DNA of 64,000 bases, taken from assembly GCA_963774265.1 (NCBI GenBank), contig CAVZDU010000003.1, positions 320,001-384,000 on the forward strand. The letters are read 5' to 3'. The notes beneath the pieces are model-generated. The model ran no database searches. It saw nothing but the letters and a program-made list of their open reading frames with translations, and was not told the DNA's origin. Both the position numbers and the translations under genes were made by a program. Positions 16,623 to 26,936 of this stretch are shown piece by piece (position 1 is the first letter of the stretch; every line of letters starts with the position of its first letter). This DNA comes from an uncultured Chloroflexia bacterium. GTDB taxonomy: Bacteria > Chloroflexota > Anaerolineae > CG2-30-64-16.

Positions 16623-17641
16623 TCGATCACGCCGATGCCCGGCCGGTCTGGCAGGTGGATACCGCCATGCGCGTCGTATTGCAGCCCATCAAAGGGATCG
16701 TTTGCAATGAGCAGCGGCCCATCCAGGTCAAGCCAATCAGCGAGGCCGGCCAGGTGCGCCATGGCGGTGACGCCGATCGACGTCTCGATCATGCAGCCGA
16801 GCATAAGGCGCATGCCCAATTGCCTTGCGTAAAGCGCCATGCGCAGTCCGGGTCCCAATCCGCCTGCTTTCATCAGCTTGAGATTGATCCCCTGTACACC
16901 AGCGCCAGCCAGTGCCTCCACATCCGCCAGCGACTGGCACGACTCATCCGCCACCACGGGGATGGACGTGCGCGCCTGGACATAGCCCATGCCCGCGAAG
17001 TCGTCTTTGCGCACCGGCTGCTCGATCAGTTCGAGGACGAATGGCTCCATTCGTTCGATCATGGTGACCGCTTCGTCTGTTGACCAGCCTGCGTTCGCGT
17101 CGATGCGTAGTTTCGCGTCGGGCCGGGCTGCGCGTACTGCTGCAAGCCGGGCAAGATCGTCGCCGGGGACGGCGCCCGATCCAAGTTTGATCTTGAGCGT
17201 GTCATATTGCGCCACGGCGGCAGCCTGGTGGGCCATCTCGTCGGGTTCAGCGATGGCGATGGTGAAGCACGTGGCGAGAACAGGCGGCTGGGGGAGGCCG
17301 AGCATCTGCCACAGCGGTTGGCGCGCGCGACGCGCGATGCGGTCGTGGAGTGCGAGATCCAGCGCACAGCGCGCGGGCGCCGGTCCCTGTGCTCCGATCC
17401 AGGGACCGATTCCCTCGAGGTCATCAGGAAAAGGCTCGCGGCGTGCGGCGGCCCCAGCCCAAGTGGCAATCATGTCATCGTCGGACACACCGTAGTACGG
17501 AGGAATGGCTGCCTCGCCCCAACCCTCATCGTGCGGGAGGCGCAGCCAGAACGAGCGTCGAGTTTCGCTGACGCCGTAGGAGAGCCGAAAGGGTACGCGC
17601 AGGTGCAGGGTGAGCGCTTGCCAGGTGAGTGTGTCGGTCAT
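16613..17641 (-). CDS. L-Ala-D/L-Glu dipeptide epimerase (enolase superfamily, YkfB/YcjG-like)
   Basis: GWGEA, LKIKLG, IDANAGW, IEQP, ADES, NLKLMKAGG, GCMIET, DLDG. Confidence 0.9.
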   Translation of the reverse strand: MTDTLTWQALTLHLRVPFRLSYGVSETRRSFWLRLPHDEGWGEAAIPPYYGVSDDDMIATWAGAAARREPFPDDLEGIGPWIGAQGPAPARCALDLALHDRIARRARQPLWQMLGLPQPPVLATCFTIAIAEPDEMAHQAAAVAQYDTLKIKLGSGAVPGDDLARLAAVRAARPDAKLRIDANAGWSTDEAVTMIERMEPFVLELIEQPVRKDDFAGMGYVQARTSIPVVADESCQSLADVEALAGAGVQGINLKLMKAGGLGPGLRMALYARQLGMRLMLGCMIETSIGVTAMAHLAGLADWLDLDGPLLIANDPFDGLQYDAHGGIHLPDRPGIGVIERS

Positions 17642-17820
17642 CGGCCAGCCTTTCCTGAAGCGGAATACCGCCCATTATACTGGCGCGGTCGCGACTCGCC
17701 TACTTCTGGCCCGGGCGCTTCACCGAACAGGGCGAGCGTGGTAAACTAAGCGCAGTGCCAGAGACCTTCAGGGTCATCCGTAACTTCGACCGGCGGTATT
17801 CCGCTTCGATAGGAGCCGAC

Positions 17821-18984
17821 ATGACTCACAATCAGCGCGTATTGGCGGCCCTGCGCGATCATCAGCATGACATGGTCGCCGACTTGACCCGTCTCGTCGA
17901 GATGGAATCGCCGACCGATGACAAGCCAGCCCTTGACAGGCTCGCCGAGCACCTTGCCACTCGCCTGCGTCATCTGGGCGCACAGGTAGAGATATCGCCA
18001 CAGGAGCACACGGGCGATCACCTGCGGGCCTGCTGGGGAGGCGACAATGAGGGAGGCGTAGGCGGGTTGCTGTTGCTGTGCCACATGGATACGGTTTGGG
18101 ACCTGGGAACGGTCGCTAAACGGCCAGTCAGCATCCGGGACGGGCTCCTCTACGGACCAGGCGCGTTCGACATGAAGGGCGGCATCGTTATTGCGCTCTG
18201 GGCGATCCGCGCGCTCCGCGGCCTGAATATGATGCCTGCACGGCGGATTACGCTGCTGATCACCTCTGATGAAGAGACAGGGAGCAAGACATCCCGGTCG
18301 ATCATCGAGATGGAGGCTCTCCAGCATGATGCGGTTCTCGTCCTGGAGCCGGCGCAGCCGCCTCATGCCGCACTCAAGACGTGGCGCAAGGGTGTGGGCA
18401 TGTATCAGGTGCGCACGACCGGCGTTTCGGCACACGCGGGCGCGGCCCACGAGGAGGGCGTCAACGCGATTGAAGAACTCGCCCACCAGGTCGTGGCCAT
18501 CCAGGCGTTGACCGACTACGCTGCAGGCACGACGGTCAATGTGGGTGTTGTGGGCGGCGGCACGCGCAGCAACGTGGTGCCGGAGGCCGCGTGGGCCCGA
18601 GTCGACGTGCGGGTGATGGATCAGGCCGAGGCCGAGCGCCTGGATAAGTCCCTGCGCAGCTTGCGGCCACATCTGAAAGGCGCACGCGTGGAGGTGTCCG
18701 GGGGCATCAATCGTCCTCCGATGACCCGAACCCCGGCGGGAGTGTCTCTCTTCGAGAAGGCAGCCGCCATCGCGACCCAGCTGGGGTTCTCGGTGATTGA
18801 GACGGGCACCGGGGGCGGGTCGGACGGCAACTTCACCGCCGCGCTGGGCGTGCCGACGCTGGATGGGCTCGGGGTCGCGGGCGATGGCGGCCATGCACAG
18901 CACGAGCACGTGATCATTAGCTCGTTGCCCGAGCGCGCCGCACTCCTGGCAGGCTTGCTCGATCCTCAGATCGCTCGATCGTAG
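17821..18984 (+). CDS. M20 metallopeptidase (glutamate carboxypeptidase G2-like)
   Basis: CHMDTV, GPGAFDMKGG, SDEETGS, AHAG, GGGSDGN, GGHAQHE. Confidence 0.9.
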   Translation: MTHNQRVLAALRDHQHDMVADLTRLVEMESPTDDKPALDRLAEHLATRLRHLGAQVEISPQEHTGDHLRACWGGDNEGGVGGLLLLCHMDTVWDLGTVAKRPVSIRDGLLYGPGAFDMKGGIVIALWAIRALRGLNMMPARRITLLITSDEETGSKTSRSIIEMEALQHDAVLVLEPAQPPHAALKTWRKGVGMYQVRTTGVSAHAGAAHEEGVNAIEELAHQVVAIQALTDYAAGTTVNVGVVGGGTRSNVVPEAAWARVDVRVMDQAEAERLDKSLRSLRPHLKGARVEVSGGINRPPMTRTPAGVSLFEKAAAIATQLGFSVIETGTGGGSDGNFTAALGVPTLDGLGVAGDGGHAQHEHVIISSLPERAALLAGLLDPQIARS

Positions 18985-19045
18985 AGGATCGACTCACCAC
19001 TCTGAAATTGGCGAGGATAGTACTTTTGTGCTATGATAGCGCGAA

Positions 19046-21361
19046 ATGAGTTCATCAAAAATGCCTGTGCAACTTTCGGACGCGCAAAGCGCCCTCGCCG
19101 CACTACCCACTGACCGCCGCATTTTCCTCGAAGGCATTGCCGGCGCCGGGAAGACGACGGCCGCTGTGGCGCGGTTGGAGCATCTTCTGCTCTCCGGTGT
19201 GCCCGGGAGCGATATCCTCATCGTCCTGCCACAGCGTACGCTTGCCGCACCGTACAACGCACTCCTGCGCCGGCCCAGCACACCTGCGAGCGGGGAGGTT
19301 GCCACGGTCACCATAGGCGGCCTGGGTCAGCGGATGATCGAGCTCTACTGGCCGCTTGTGGCGCGGCAAGCTGGCTTCGCTCACCCCGATCACCCGCCCG
19401 TCTTCCTCACCCTGGAGACCGCACAGTATTTCATGGCCCGGGTCGTGCGGCCGATGCTCGATGCGGGGAATTTCGATGCCGTCCGCATCGACCGTAACCG
19501 TCTCTACAGCCAGATCCTGGACAACCTGAACAAGGCAGCGGTGGTTGGTTTTGATGCGGCGGAGATTGGGCCGCGGCTCAAGGCGGCGTGGCTGGGTGAA
19601 TCCGCGCAGTTCCGGGTCTATGATGAGGCGCAGGAGGCAGCAGACCGTTTCCGCGCCACCTGCCTGGCCCACAATCTGCTGGATTTCTCGCTCCAATACG
19701 AGATGTTTTCCCGACATCTCTGGCCGCTGCGCCCTTGTCGGGAGTACCTTCTGACGCGCTACCGGCACCTGATCATCGACAACACCGAGGAAGACACGCC
19801 AGTGAGCCACGATATCCTGGCTGAATGGCTGCCGCACACGACCTCGGCGCTGGTCGTGTATGACGAGGGAGGTGGATATCGCCGGTTTCTGGGAGCGGAC
19901 CCGGGGAGCGGCTACCGGCTGAAGGCGTTGTGCCAGGAGCGCGTCTATTTCGATCGCTCCTTTGTGACCTCGCCGGCTGTACAGGCGCTGGGCGTGGCTA
20001 TGCGCCGCGCACTGCGACCCAAGCCGAATGCCGGTGAGGTTGCACCGGTCATGGGGCGGCGGACGTCGCCTGTGCTCGCCCAGGAACTGGATTTCGATGC
20101 ACCTGCGCGGGAGGGCGCGACCCAAGCGAGCGGCCCAGCCCCGGCGATCATGGACGCGTTGGAGTATGAAGGCCGTCGCTACCATCACCAGATGATCGAC
20201 TGGGTTGCCGACCGTATTGCCGTGTTGGTGCATGACGAAGGTGTTTCGCCGGGCGAGATCGCAATCGTCGCGCCGTTCGTCAGCGGTGGCCTGCGTTTCG
20301 CGCTCGAAAACCGCCTGGCTGACCACGGGGTTCCAGTGCGGTCGCACCGGCCCTCGCGCGCGCTGCGTGAGGAGCCGACCACCCTGTGCCTGCTCACCTG
20401 GGCTGCGTTGTGCCACCCGGGCTGGCGCATTCGCCCTGCGGCCTTCGATGTCAGCCAGGCGCTGATGCACACGATCGCGGACATGGACCTGGTGCGCGCA
20501 CAACTTCTCGCCGACATCGCCTATCGCACGCGCGATGGCATCCCCACCTTGACCTCCTTCGCAGAGATCGAGCCCGCGATGCAGGAACGCATTACTTTCC
20601 TGTTGGGCGGGCGGTACGAGGGGCTCAGGACGTGGATCAACGCGCACACGGTTTCTGTGGATCAAACCTGGGCCACGCCGGAGCGTTCGGCTATGACGCG
20701 TGGGGGCAAGTCCCGGCGGCGCGCGGAACTGGATCACTTCTTGTCGCGCCTTTTCGGCGAGCTACTTTCTCAGCCGGGCTATGGTTTCCACGAGAGTTAT
20801 GATGCAGGTGAGTTGACCGCCAAGGTGATCGAATCCGCGCGCAAGTTCCGCCAGGTGATCACGGCATCGGGCGATGCCGTAGCATCGCACGATGCCGCAG
20901 CATCGCACGATCGGTCTGACCGCCCGATGGGGCAGGAGTACATCGAGCTGGTGCGCGACGGTGTGGTGGCTGCACAATACGTGCGCAGTTGGCGCCGCCA
21001 GGCCGAAGATGCGGTTCTGATTGCGCCCGCGTACACCTTCTTGATGGGCAACGTCGCGGTCGATCATCAGTTTTGGCTGGATGTGGGCGCCACCGGATGG
21101 TGGGAGCGGCTGAACCAGCCGCTGACGCATCCCTACATCCTCAGTCGCCGGTGGGAGCAGGGCAACCAGTGGACCGACCTGGAGGAATATTTCGCGCGGC
21201 AAGAGGCGATGGCCGAACTGGTCATCGGCCTGGTGCATCGCTGTCGCAAGCAGGTCCATCTGGCTTTAAGCGAGCTCAGCGAAGCCGGCAGTGACCAGCG
21301 CGGCGCACTGCTGCGGACAGTACAGCATGTGCTGCGCAGCGAACGTTCTCTTCACAACTAA
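19046..21361 (+). CDS. Degenerate UvrD/SF1-like helicase-fold protein with no nuclease domain
   Basis: Walker A GIAGAGKT; motif II altered to IIDNTEED; EIAIVAP; C-terminal motif VI-like GLVHRCRKQVHL. Confidence 0.7.
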   Translation: MSSSKMPVQLSDAQSALAALPTDRRIFLEGIAGAGKTTAAVARLEHLLLSGVPGSDILIVLPQRTLAAPYNALLRRPSTPASGEVATVTIGGLGQRMIELYWPLVARQAGFAHPDHPPVFLTLETAQYFMARVVRPMLDAGNFDAVRIDRNRLYSQILDNLNKAAVVGFDAAEIGPRLKAAWLGESAQFRVYDEAQEAADRFRATCLAHNLLDFSLQYEMFSRHLWPLRPCREYLLTRYRHLIIDNTEEDTPVSHDILAEWLPHTTSALVVYDEGGGYRRFLGADPGSGYRLKALCQERVYFDRSFVTSPAVQALGVAMRRALRPKPNAGEVAPVMGRRTSPVLAQELDFDAPAREGATQASGPAPAIMDALEYEGRRYHHQMIDWVADRIAVLVHDEGVSPGEIAIVAPFVSGGLRFALENRLADHGVPVRSHRPSRALREEPTTLCLLTWAALCHPGWRIRPAAFDVSQALMHTIADMDLVRAQLLADIAYRTRDGIPTLTSFAEIEPAMQERITFLLGGRYEGLRTWINAHTVSVDQTWATPERSAMTRGGKSRRRAELDHFLSRLFGELLSQPGYGFHESYDAGELTAKVIESARKFRQVITASGDAVASHDAAASHDRSDRPMGQEYIELVRDGVVAAQYVRSWRRQAEDAVLIAPAYTFLMGNVAVDHQFWLDVGATGWWERLNQPLTHPYILSRRWEQGNQWTDLEEYFARQEAMAELVIGLVHRCRKQVHLALSELSEAGSDQRGALLRTVQHVLRSERSLHN

Positions 21362-21379
21362 GGCACGAAGAAGCTGACC

Positions 21380-23621
21380 ATGCCATTTGATCCGAGACCC
21401 ACACAAGCGGCTGTCCTCGCCTATCCTGGCGGGATGATGGGCGTGTCAGCCGCACCGGGGAGCGGTAAGACACATGTGCTCTCGGCGCTCGCGGCGCGGC
21501 TTGTTGCGGACGGCGGCCTGGCGGATGACCAGGAAGTGCTCATCGTCACCCTGGTCAATTCTGCTGTGGATAACTTCTCCACCCGGGTGGACGAGTTCGT
21601 CAAAGAGCGTGGGCTGCTGCCACGCGTCGGCTACCGGGTGCGGACTCTGCACGGACTGGCGCACGACATCGTGAGGGAGCGCCCCGGACTGGTCAGCCTG
21701 GCGGAGGATTTCCGCATCGCGGACGAGCAGGAGACGCAGCAGATACTTCAATCTGCAGTGTCAGCATGGGTTTCAGCCAACCCGGACGCAGCGGAGCCGT
21801 TCATCGATCCGGGGCTCGCAACTGATGAGCGGCGTGTCGGGTGGGTCAAGAGCGACCAGTGGCCCACGCTGGTGGCGGATATTGCGGGCAGCTTCATCCG
21901 CCTGGCAAAGGACTTGCAGCTTGCGCCTGGCGTGTTGGCCGAACGGCTGGACCTGCTGCCTCATGCTGCACCCCTCATGGAGATGGGCGTCGCCATCTAT
22001 GCGGACTACGAGCACAGCCTCGAGGCTCGCCGCGGCGCTCGACTACGATGACCTGATTCGTCTCGCGCTGCAGGCCTTGCGGACCGATCCTGATTACCTG
22101 CAACGGCTGCGCTACCGGTGGCCCTACGTGTTGGAGGATGAGGCGCAAGACTCCAGCCGGCTTCAGGAGGAAATCCTGAGACTGCTGGCCGGGCCGGGCG
22201 GCAACTGGGTTCGGGTGGGGGATCCGAACCAGGCGATCTTCGAGACCTTCACCACCGCCAACCCGCGCTATCTGCGTGATTTTCTCGAAGAAGAGGGCGT
22301 GGTCGCGCTCACGCTGCCCACTTCCGGGCGGTCGACGCGCAGCATCATCCAACTGGCCAATCTTCTCGTCAAATGGTCGCGCGCAGAACACCCTATGGCG
22401 GGCCTGCGCGATGCACTCGCGCCAACGTACATTGAGCCGGCGCCCCCGGGCGATCCGCAGCCCAACCCGGAGGACGATCCGAGCGCGGTCCACCTGCCCC
22501 GGGGAAAATACTCACCCGCGGATGAGCTGGAAGCAATTGTCCGGTCGCTGGCGCGGTGGCTTCCGGAGAACAAGGACCGGACCGCGGCGATCCTGGTGCC
22601 GAGCAACCAGCGCGGTGAGGCGGTAGTGAGTGCGCTTAAGGGCCGTGGCATCGAGTATGTGGAGCTTTTGCGCAGCACTCGCGAGACCCGTAACCATGCC
22701 GGCGCGCTGGGCAATATCCTGGCTGCCCTGGCAGAGCCGGCGAACGCATCCAAACTGGCTACGGCATACCGCGTGTGGCGGCGCCGCGATCGCGAGGACC
22801 CCGAGGCGCGGGAGCGCATGGCGCGACTATCGAAAAGCATCGAGCGTTGCCGAAACGTGGAGGAGTTCCTGTGGCCACGGCCTGAGTCGGAAGACCTGGG
22901 CTGTATCGAGCTTCCCGACGCGGACCCGATCTATGACGAGCAGTTGCGCGCCTTCCGGTCCCTGGCGCGGCGTTGGCAGGGCGCGGCCACGCTGCCCATC
23001 GACCAGTTGCTCATTACCATCGGGCAGGATCTGTTCGATAAGCCTGGCGAGCTGGCGTTGACGCACAAGCTGGCGGCCCTGTTGCGACAGGCCGCGGCAG
23101 AGCATCCAGGCTGGCGTCTGCCCGAGCTGATCGACGAGTTGGCCGCCATCGCACGCAATGAGCGCAAGTTCCTGGGCTTCTCGGAGGATGACAGCGGCTT
23201 CAATCCGGACGCGCACAGAGGCAAAGTCACAGTTGTCACGGCGCACAAGGCGAAAGGGCTGGAATGGGATCGCGTCTATCTGACCTCTGTGAACGCGTAC
23301 GACTTCCCATCGGCCCAGGCCGGCGACACATTCATTTCCGAGCGTTGGTATATCCGGGACCGATTGAACTTGCAGGCCGAGGCATTGGCCCAACTACAGG
23401 CGTTAGCCGTCGAAGCGCCGCTGCCTCCCCTGGGACGCCCGACTGAGGTTGCTCGTCTTGACTACGCGGCGGAGCGGTTGCGCCTGCTGTACGTCGGCAT
23501 CACGCGCGCGCGCCGGGAACTGTTCCTCACGTGGAATACCGGCCGCAGCGGCAAGGTGACGCCTGCCGTCCCACTGCTGGCGCTGCAGGGCGCGTGGGAG
23601 CGATTGAAGATTGAAGACTGA
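21380..23621 (+). CDS. UvrD/REP-family ATP-dependent DNA helicase; frameshift near 22030
   Basis: AAPGSGKT, LDYDDL, EDEAQD, VGDPNQAIF, SGRS, TAHKAKGLEWD, ERLRLLYVGITRAR. Confidence 0.9.
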
Positions 23622-23627
23622 AGATGG
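23602..23627 (+). repeat. GATTGAA heptamer tandem repeat at the helicase/nuclease junction
   Basis: gattgaa gattgaa gactgaa gatgg; contains the upstream TGA and the downstream ATG. Confidence 0.7.
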
Positions 23628-24500
23628 CTTTACCACCTGATTTCCAGTTCAGCCAGGCGAGCCTGCAGGACTATGTCGAATGTCCCCGCCGGTTCCAGTT
23701 GCGCTACTTGTTGCAGCTTCAATGGCCCGCGCCCGAGGCCGAGCCGGCCGAAGAGCACGAGCAGCACATGCAGGACGGCGAGACATTCCACCGGTTGGTC
23801 CACCAACACCGCTTGGGTATCCCGGTGGAGTACCTGCAGCCAGGTGGTGGCGACGAGGTGGCAGGCGAAGCGGGCCCGGTGGTCTCGTCCTTGCTGGCCG
23901 AATGGTGGGCCGCCTATCTCGCTGCCCCGCCCCCAGACCTGCCGCGGATGCAATTTCCTGAGCTGGCGCTGTCGGTTCCCCTGGGCGAGCACAGGCTGGT
24001 TGCGAAATTCGATCTCGTGGCGATCGAAGCTGGACGCCGCGCCGTGATCGTGGACTGGAAGACATCGCGCCGCCGCGTGTCGGCCAGCCTCCTGGCGGCG
24101 CGGCTGCAGACCCGCGTGTATCGCTATGTGCTGGCGCAGGCCGGCGCGCACCTTTAACGGTGGCGCAGCGATCGCTCCTGAGCAAATCCGCATGCTGTAC
24201 TGGTTTGCGGTTGACCCCGAACACCCCGAGATCCTGCTGTACGATGCCAACCAGCAGGGTGCAGATGGGCGCTATCTGTCGGGCCTTGCTGCGAGCATCG
24301 CCGCCTCCGGGGATGATGATTTTCAGAAGACGGACGATGTGCGGCGCTGTCGCTTTTGCCCCTACCGCTCGCTGTGCAACCGGGGCGTTGAAGCAGGTCT
24401 GCTCAGTGAAGATGGCGCAGAAGATGTGGGCGAACCCGAGCCAGAATTTGATTGGGAGCGGGGTTTGGATTTCGAGCAGATCGCGGAGATCGCGTTCTAA
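23624..24500 (+). CDS. Stand-alone RecB/AddB-like PD-(D/E)XK nuclease with a 4-Cys Fe-S staple; frameshift near 24153
   Basis: FSQASL..CPRRF, GETFH, KFDLV, VDWKT, QTRVY, CRFCPYRSLC. Confidence 0.88.
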
Positions 24501-24512
24501 GAGGAGATATGC

Positions 24513-26899
24513 GTGCGGCCGTGGGTTGAGCCATCGCCTGTGATCGTTCCGCCAGAACTGCGTGCGGCAGCGGGGGGACATCCGTTGGTCGCGGAGGCGT
24601 TGGCGCGGCGCGGGGTGGTGAACGCCGCTGCAGCGCGGGCCTTCCTCGACCCTGCGCAGTACACTCCCTCATCCCCCGACACTCTACCGGGTATGGCGCG
24701 CGCGGTCGCGCGCATCGGCCGCGGCCTCAAGACGGGCGAGTCGATCTGCGTGTGGGGCGACTTCGATGTTGACGGCCAGACGTCGACAGCCCTACTCGTC
24801 TCGACCCTGCGCGATCTGGGCGGCCGCGTGACCTATCACGTCCCCCTGCGGGAGACCGAAGGACATGGCATCCATCTGCCGGTCCTGGAGCAGGCCATCG
24901 CCAACGGCGCGCGGCTGATCGTCACCTGCGACACCGGGATCTCCGCACACGATGCGGTCGCGTTCGCGCGCTCGCAGCGCGTAGATGTCGTCATCACCGA
25001 CCATCACGATCTGCCTGACCGGTTGCCCGACGCCGCAGCCATCCTCAACCCGAAGCTGTTGACCGCCCCTATGGGACGCGACTCATCGCCCCTGGCTGAT
25101 CTCCCCGGTGTGGGTGTGGCGTACAAACTGGCCGAAGCGCTGTATGAGCGAGCCGGCCGTGCGGGTGAAGTGGAGAAACACGCGGACCTGGCCGCACTGG
25201 GCATCATCGCCGATCTCGCGCTGCTGCGCGGGACACGCGTCACCTGGCGCAAGTCGGCTTGGCCAGCCTACGAAACGGGCGGCGGATTGGCGTGCAGGCG
25301 CTTTTCGAGTCCACGGAGTTGGACCCGGGCAACCTCGGGGAGGAGCACATCGGTTTCGTGCTGGCCCCGCGGCTTAACGCGGCGGGCCGGCTGGCCGACG
25401 CGGGCCCTTGCGTGGAGTTGTTGACGACTTCCGACCTGACTCAGGCGCGCATCATCGCAGCGGATCTGGAAGCGCTGAACGCGCGGCGTAAGTTCCTGAC
25501 GGACAGAGTGACGCAAGAAGCGGAGGCCCAGCTCAAGGCCGACCGGTCGCTGTTGGATCACGCTGCGCTCGTGCTCGCCAGCGCTTATTGGCCCGCAGGT
25601 ATCATTGGGATTGTCGCCAGCCGGCTGGTGGAGCGGTATGGCCGGCCGGTCGCGTTGGTGTCCACCGCGCAAGGCGGGCCGGGTCGTGGATCGGCGCGCT
25701 CTGCGGAGGGGGTTGACATATCGTCAGCCATCACCGCATGCCAGGGGCTCTTGTTGGGCTTCGGCGGTCATCCGATGGCTGCGGGCTTCACTATCGAACC
25801 TCATCGCATTGGCGCCTTCCGCGCGGCGTTGTCGGCCCGCGTTGTAGCCCAACTGGCTGATATCCCCGAACCTGAGGGTCTCGCCATCGATGCTGTGCTC
25901 CCCCTGAGTGAGCTTTCGTTGGAACTGGTCGACGACCTTTCGCGGCTGGGGCCGTTCGGGCCCGGGAACCCTGCACTGATGCTGTGTGCGCCACGGCTCG
26001 AGGTTCGCGCCAGTCGATTGGTGGGCCGGCAGGAGGAACATCGCATCCTGACCCTGGCCGATGAAACCGGCTTCGCGCGGCAGGTGGTGTGGTGGAACGG
26101 GGGCAGCGAGCAAGCGCCGCAAGGGCTTTTTGATCTGGCCTACACGGCCCGCGCCAGCACCTACCGGGGGGAACGCAGCGTCCAGGTCGAGTATCTCGCA
26201 GCGCGGCCCTCCCCCGGCGCGCCGGTGGTCGAAATCGCGGCGATGGATATCGAGGTGCTGGATTTTCGGCGCGCGCGGGACGCTGAGGTTCACCTGGCCG
26301 AACTTCTCTCGGGGGGGGACGTCGCGGTCTTCGGTGAAGGAGAGATGGATACCGCGGCTCGGGGTTCTAATCGCCAGTTGCTCCTGCCCGCGGCCACCCT
26401 TGCGTTTTGGACCGCGCCCTCCAGCCCCAGCGAGGTGCGGGCCGCGCTGGCCGCAGTCCGGCCTGAACGTGTCGCGCTGTTTGCCATGGAGCTCGGCCTG
26501 GATCGGCCGGATGCATTCCTCCGTCGATTGGCCGGGCTTGTGAAGCATGCGCTGAAGGCTCGGGGCGGCCGCGCGGGAGTGGCGGACCTGGCTGCCGCGA
26601 CGGCCCAGCGTGAGCTGGTCGTACATCTCGGATTGAAGTGGCTGGTGGCGCAGGGGAACCTGACGATTATCGAGGAGGGTGACGGCGCGGTTCTGCTCGC
26701 CTGGGGAAGGGGTCAGCCTGCGCCCGAGCCTGAGCGCACCCTGGCAGCAGCCCGGCTCTCCGCTGCACTCCGGGAGACGGCCGCGTTCCGCGCGTATTTC
26801 CGGACGGCCGACAAGGACGCGCTGCTGCGCGGGTACCAGGGAAGCAGTCCTGTGGACCGTGGACCCTCCCTTCTATTCGGGCCGCAGCCATCCCCATGA
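24513..26899 (+). CDS. recJ: Single-stranded DNA exonuclease RecJ with a C-terminal extension; frameshift near 25230
   Basis: GDFDVDG, TCDTG, TDHH, PRLNAAGRL, GSARS, GGHPMAAG, PFGPGNP. Confidence 0.92.
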
Positions 26900-26936
26900 T
26901 AAAATAGAGCCAGCGTAATCCATCAAGGAGGATGGC

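Noticed and set aside
20040-20150. Degenerate REP remnants in the linker of the inactive helicase
   Set aside because: Similarity to GTAG REPs is too eroded to support
19103-20737. 544-aa antisense ORF (likewise 144-1136, 31724-32998, 42431-43735, 49108-50547, 56478-58037)
   Set aside because: Shadow ORFs opposite well-supported genes in high-GC DNA, with no recognisable motifs
23624-24500. Cas4 / CRISPR-Cas call for the Fe-S nuclease
   Set aside because: No cas1/cas2 and no repeat-spacer array in the window; the context is DNA repair
22020-25240. Three consecutive frameshifts (helicase, nuclease, recJ) as programmed frameshifting or operon decay
   Set aside because: Each is a single-base indel in a short run with no slippery heptamer, and all catalytic motifs are intact. 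The same pattern affects ccdA, the GH13 gene and the hydrolase, which fits long-read errors. Read polishing would settle it.
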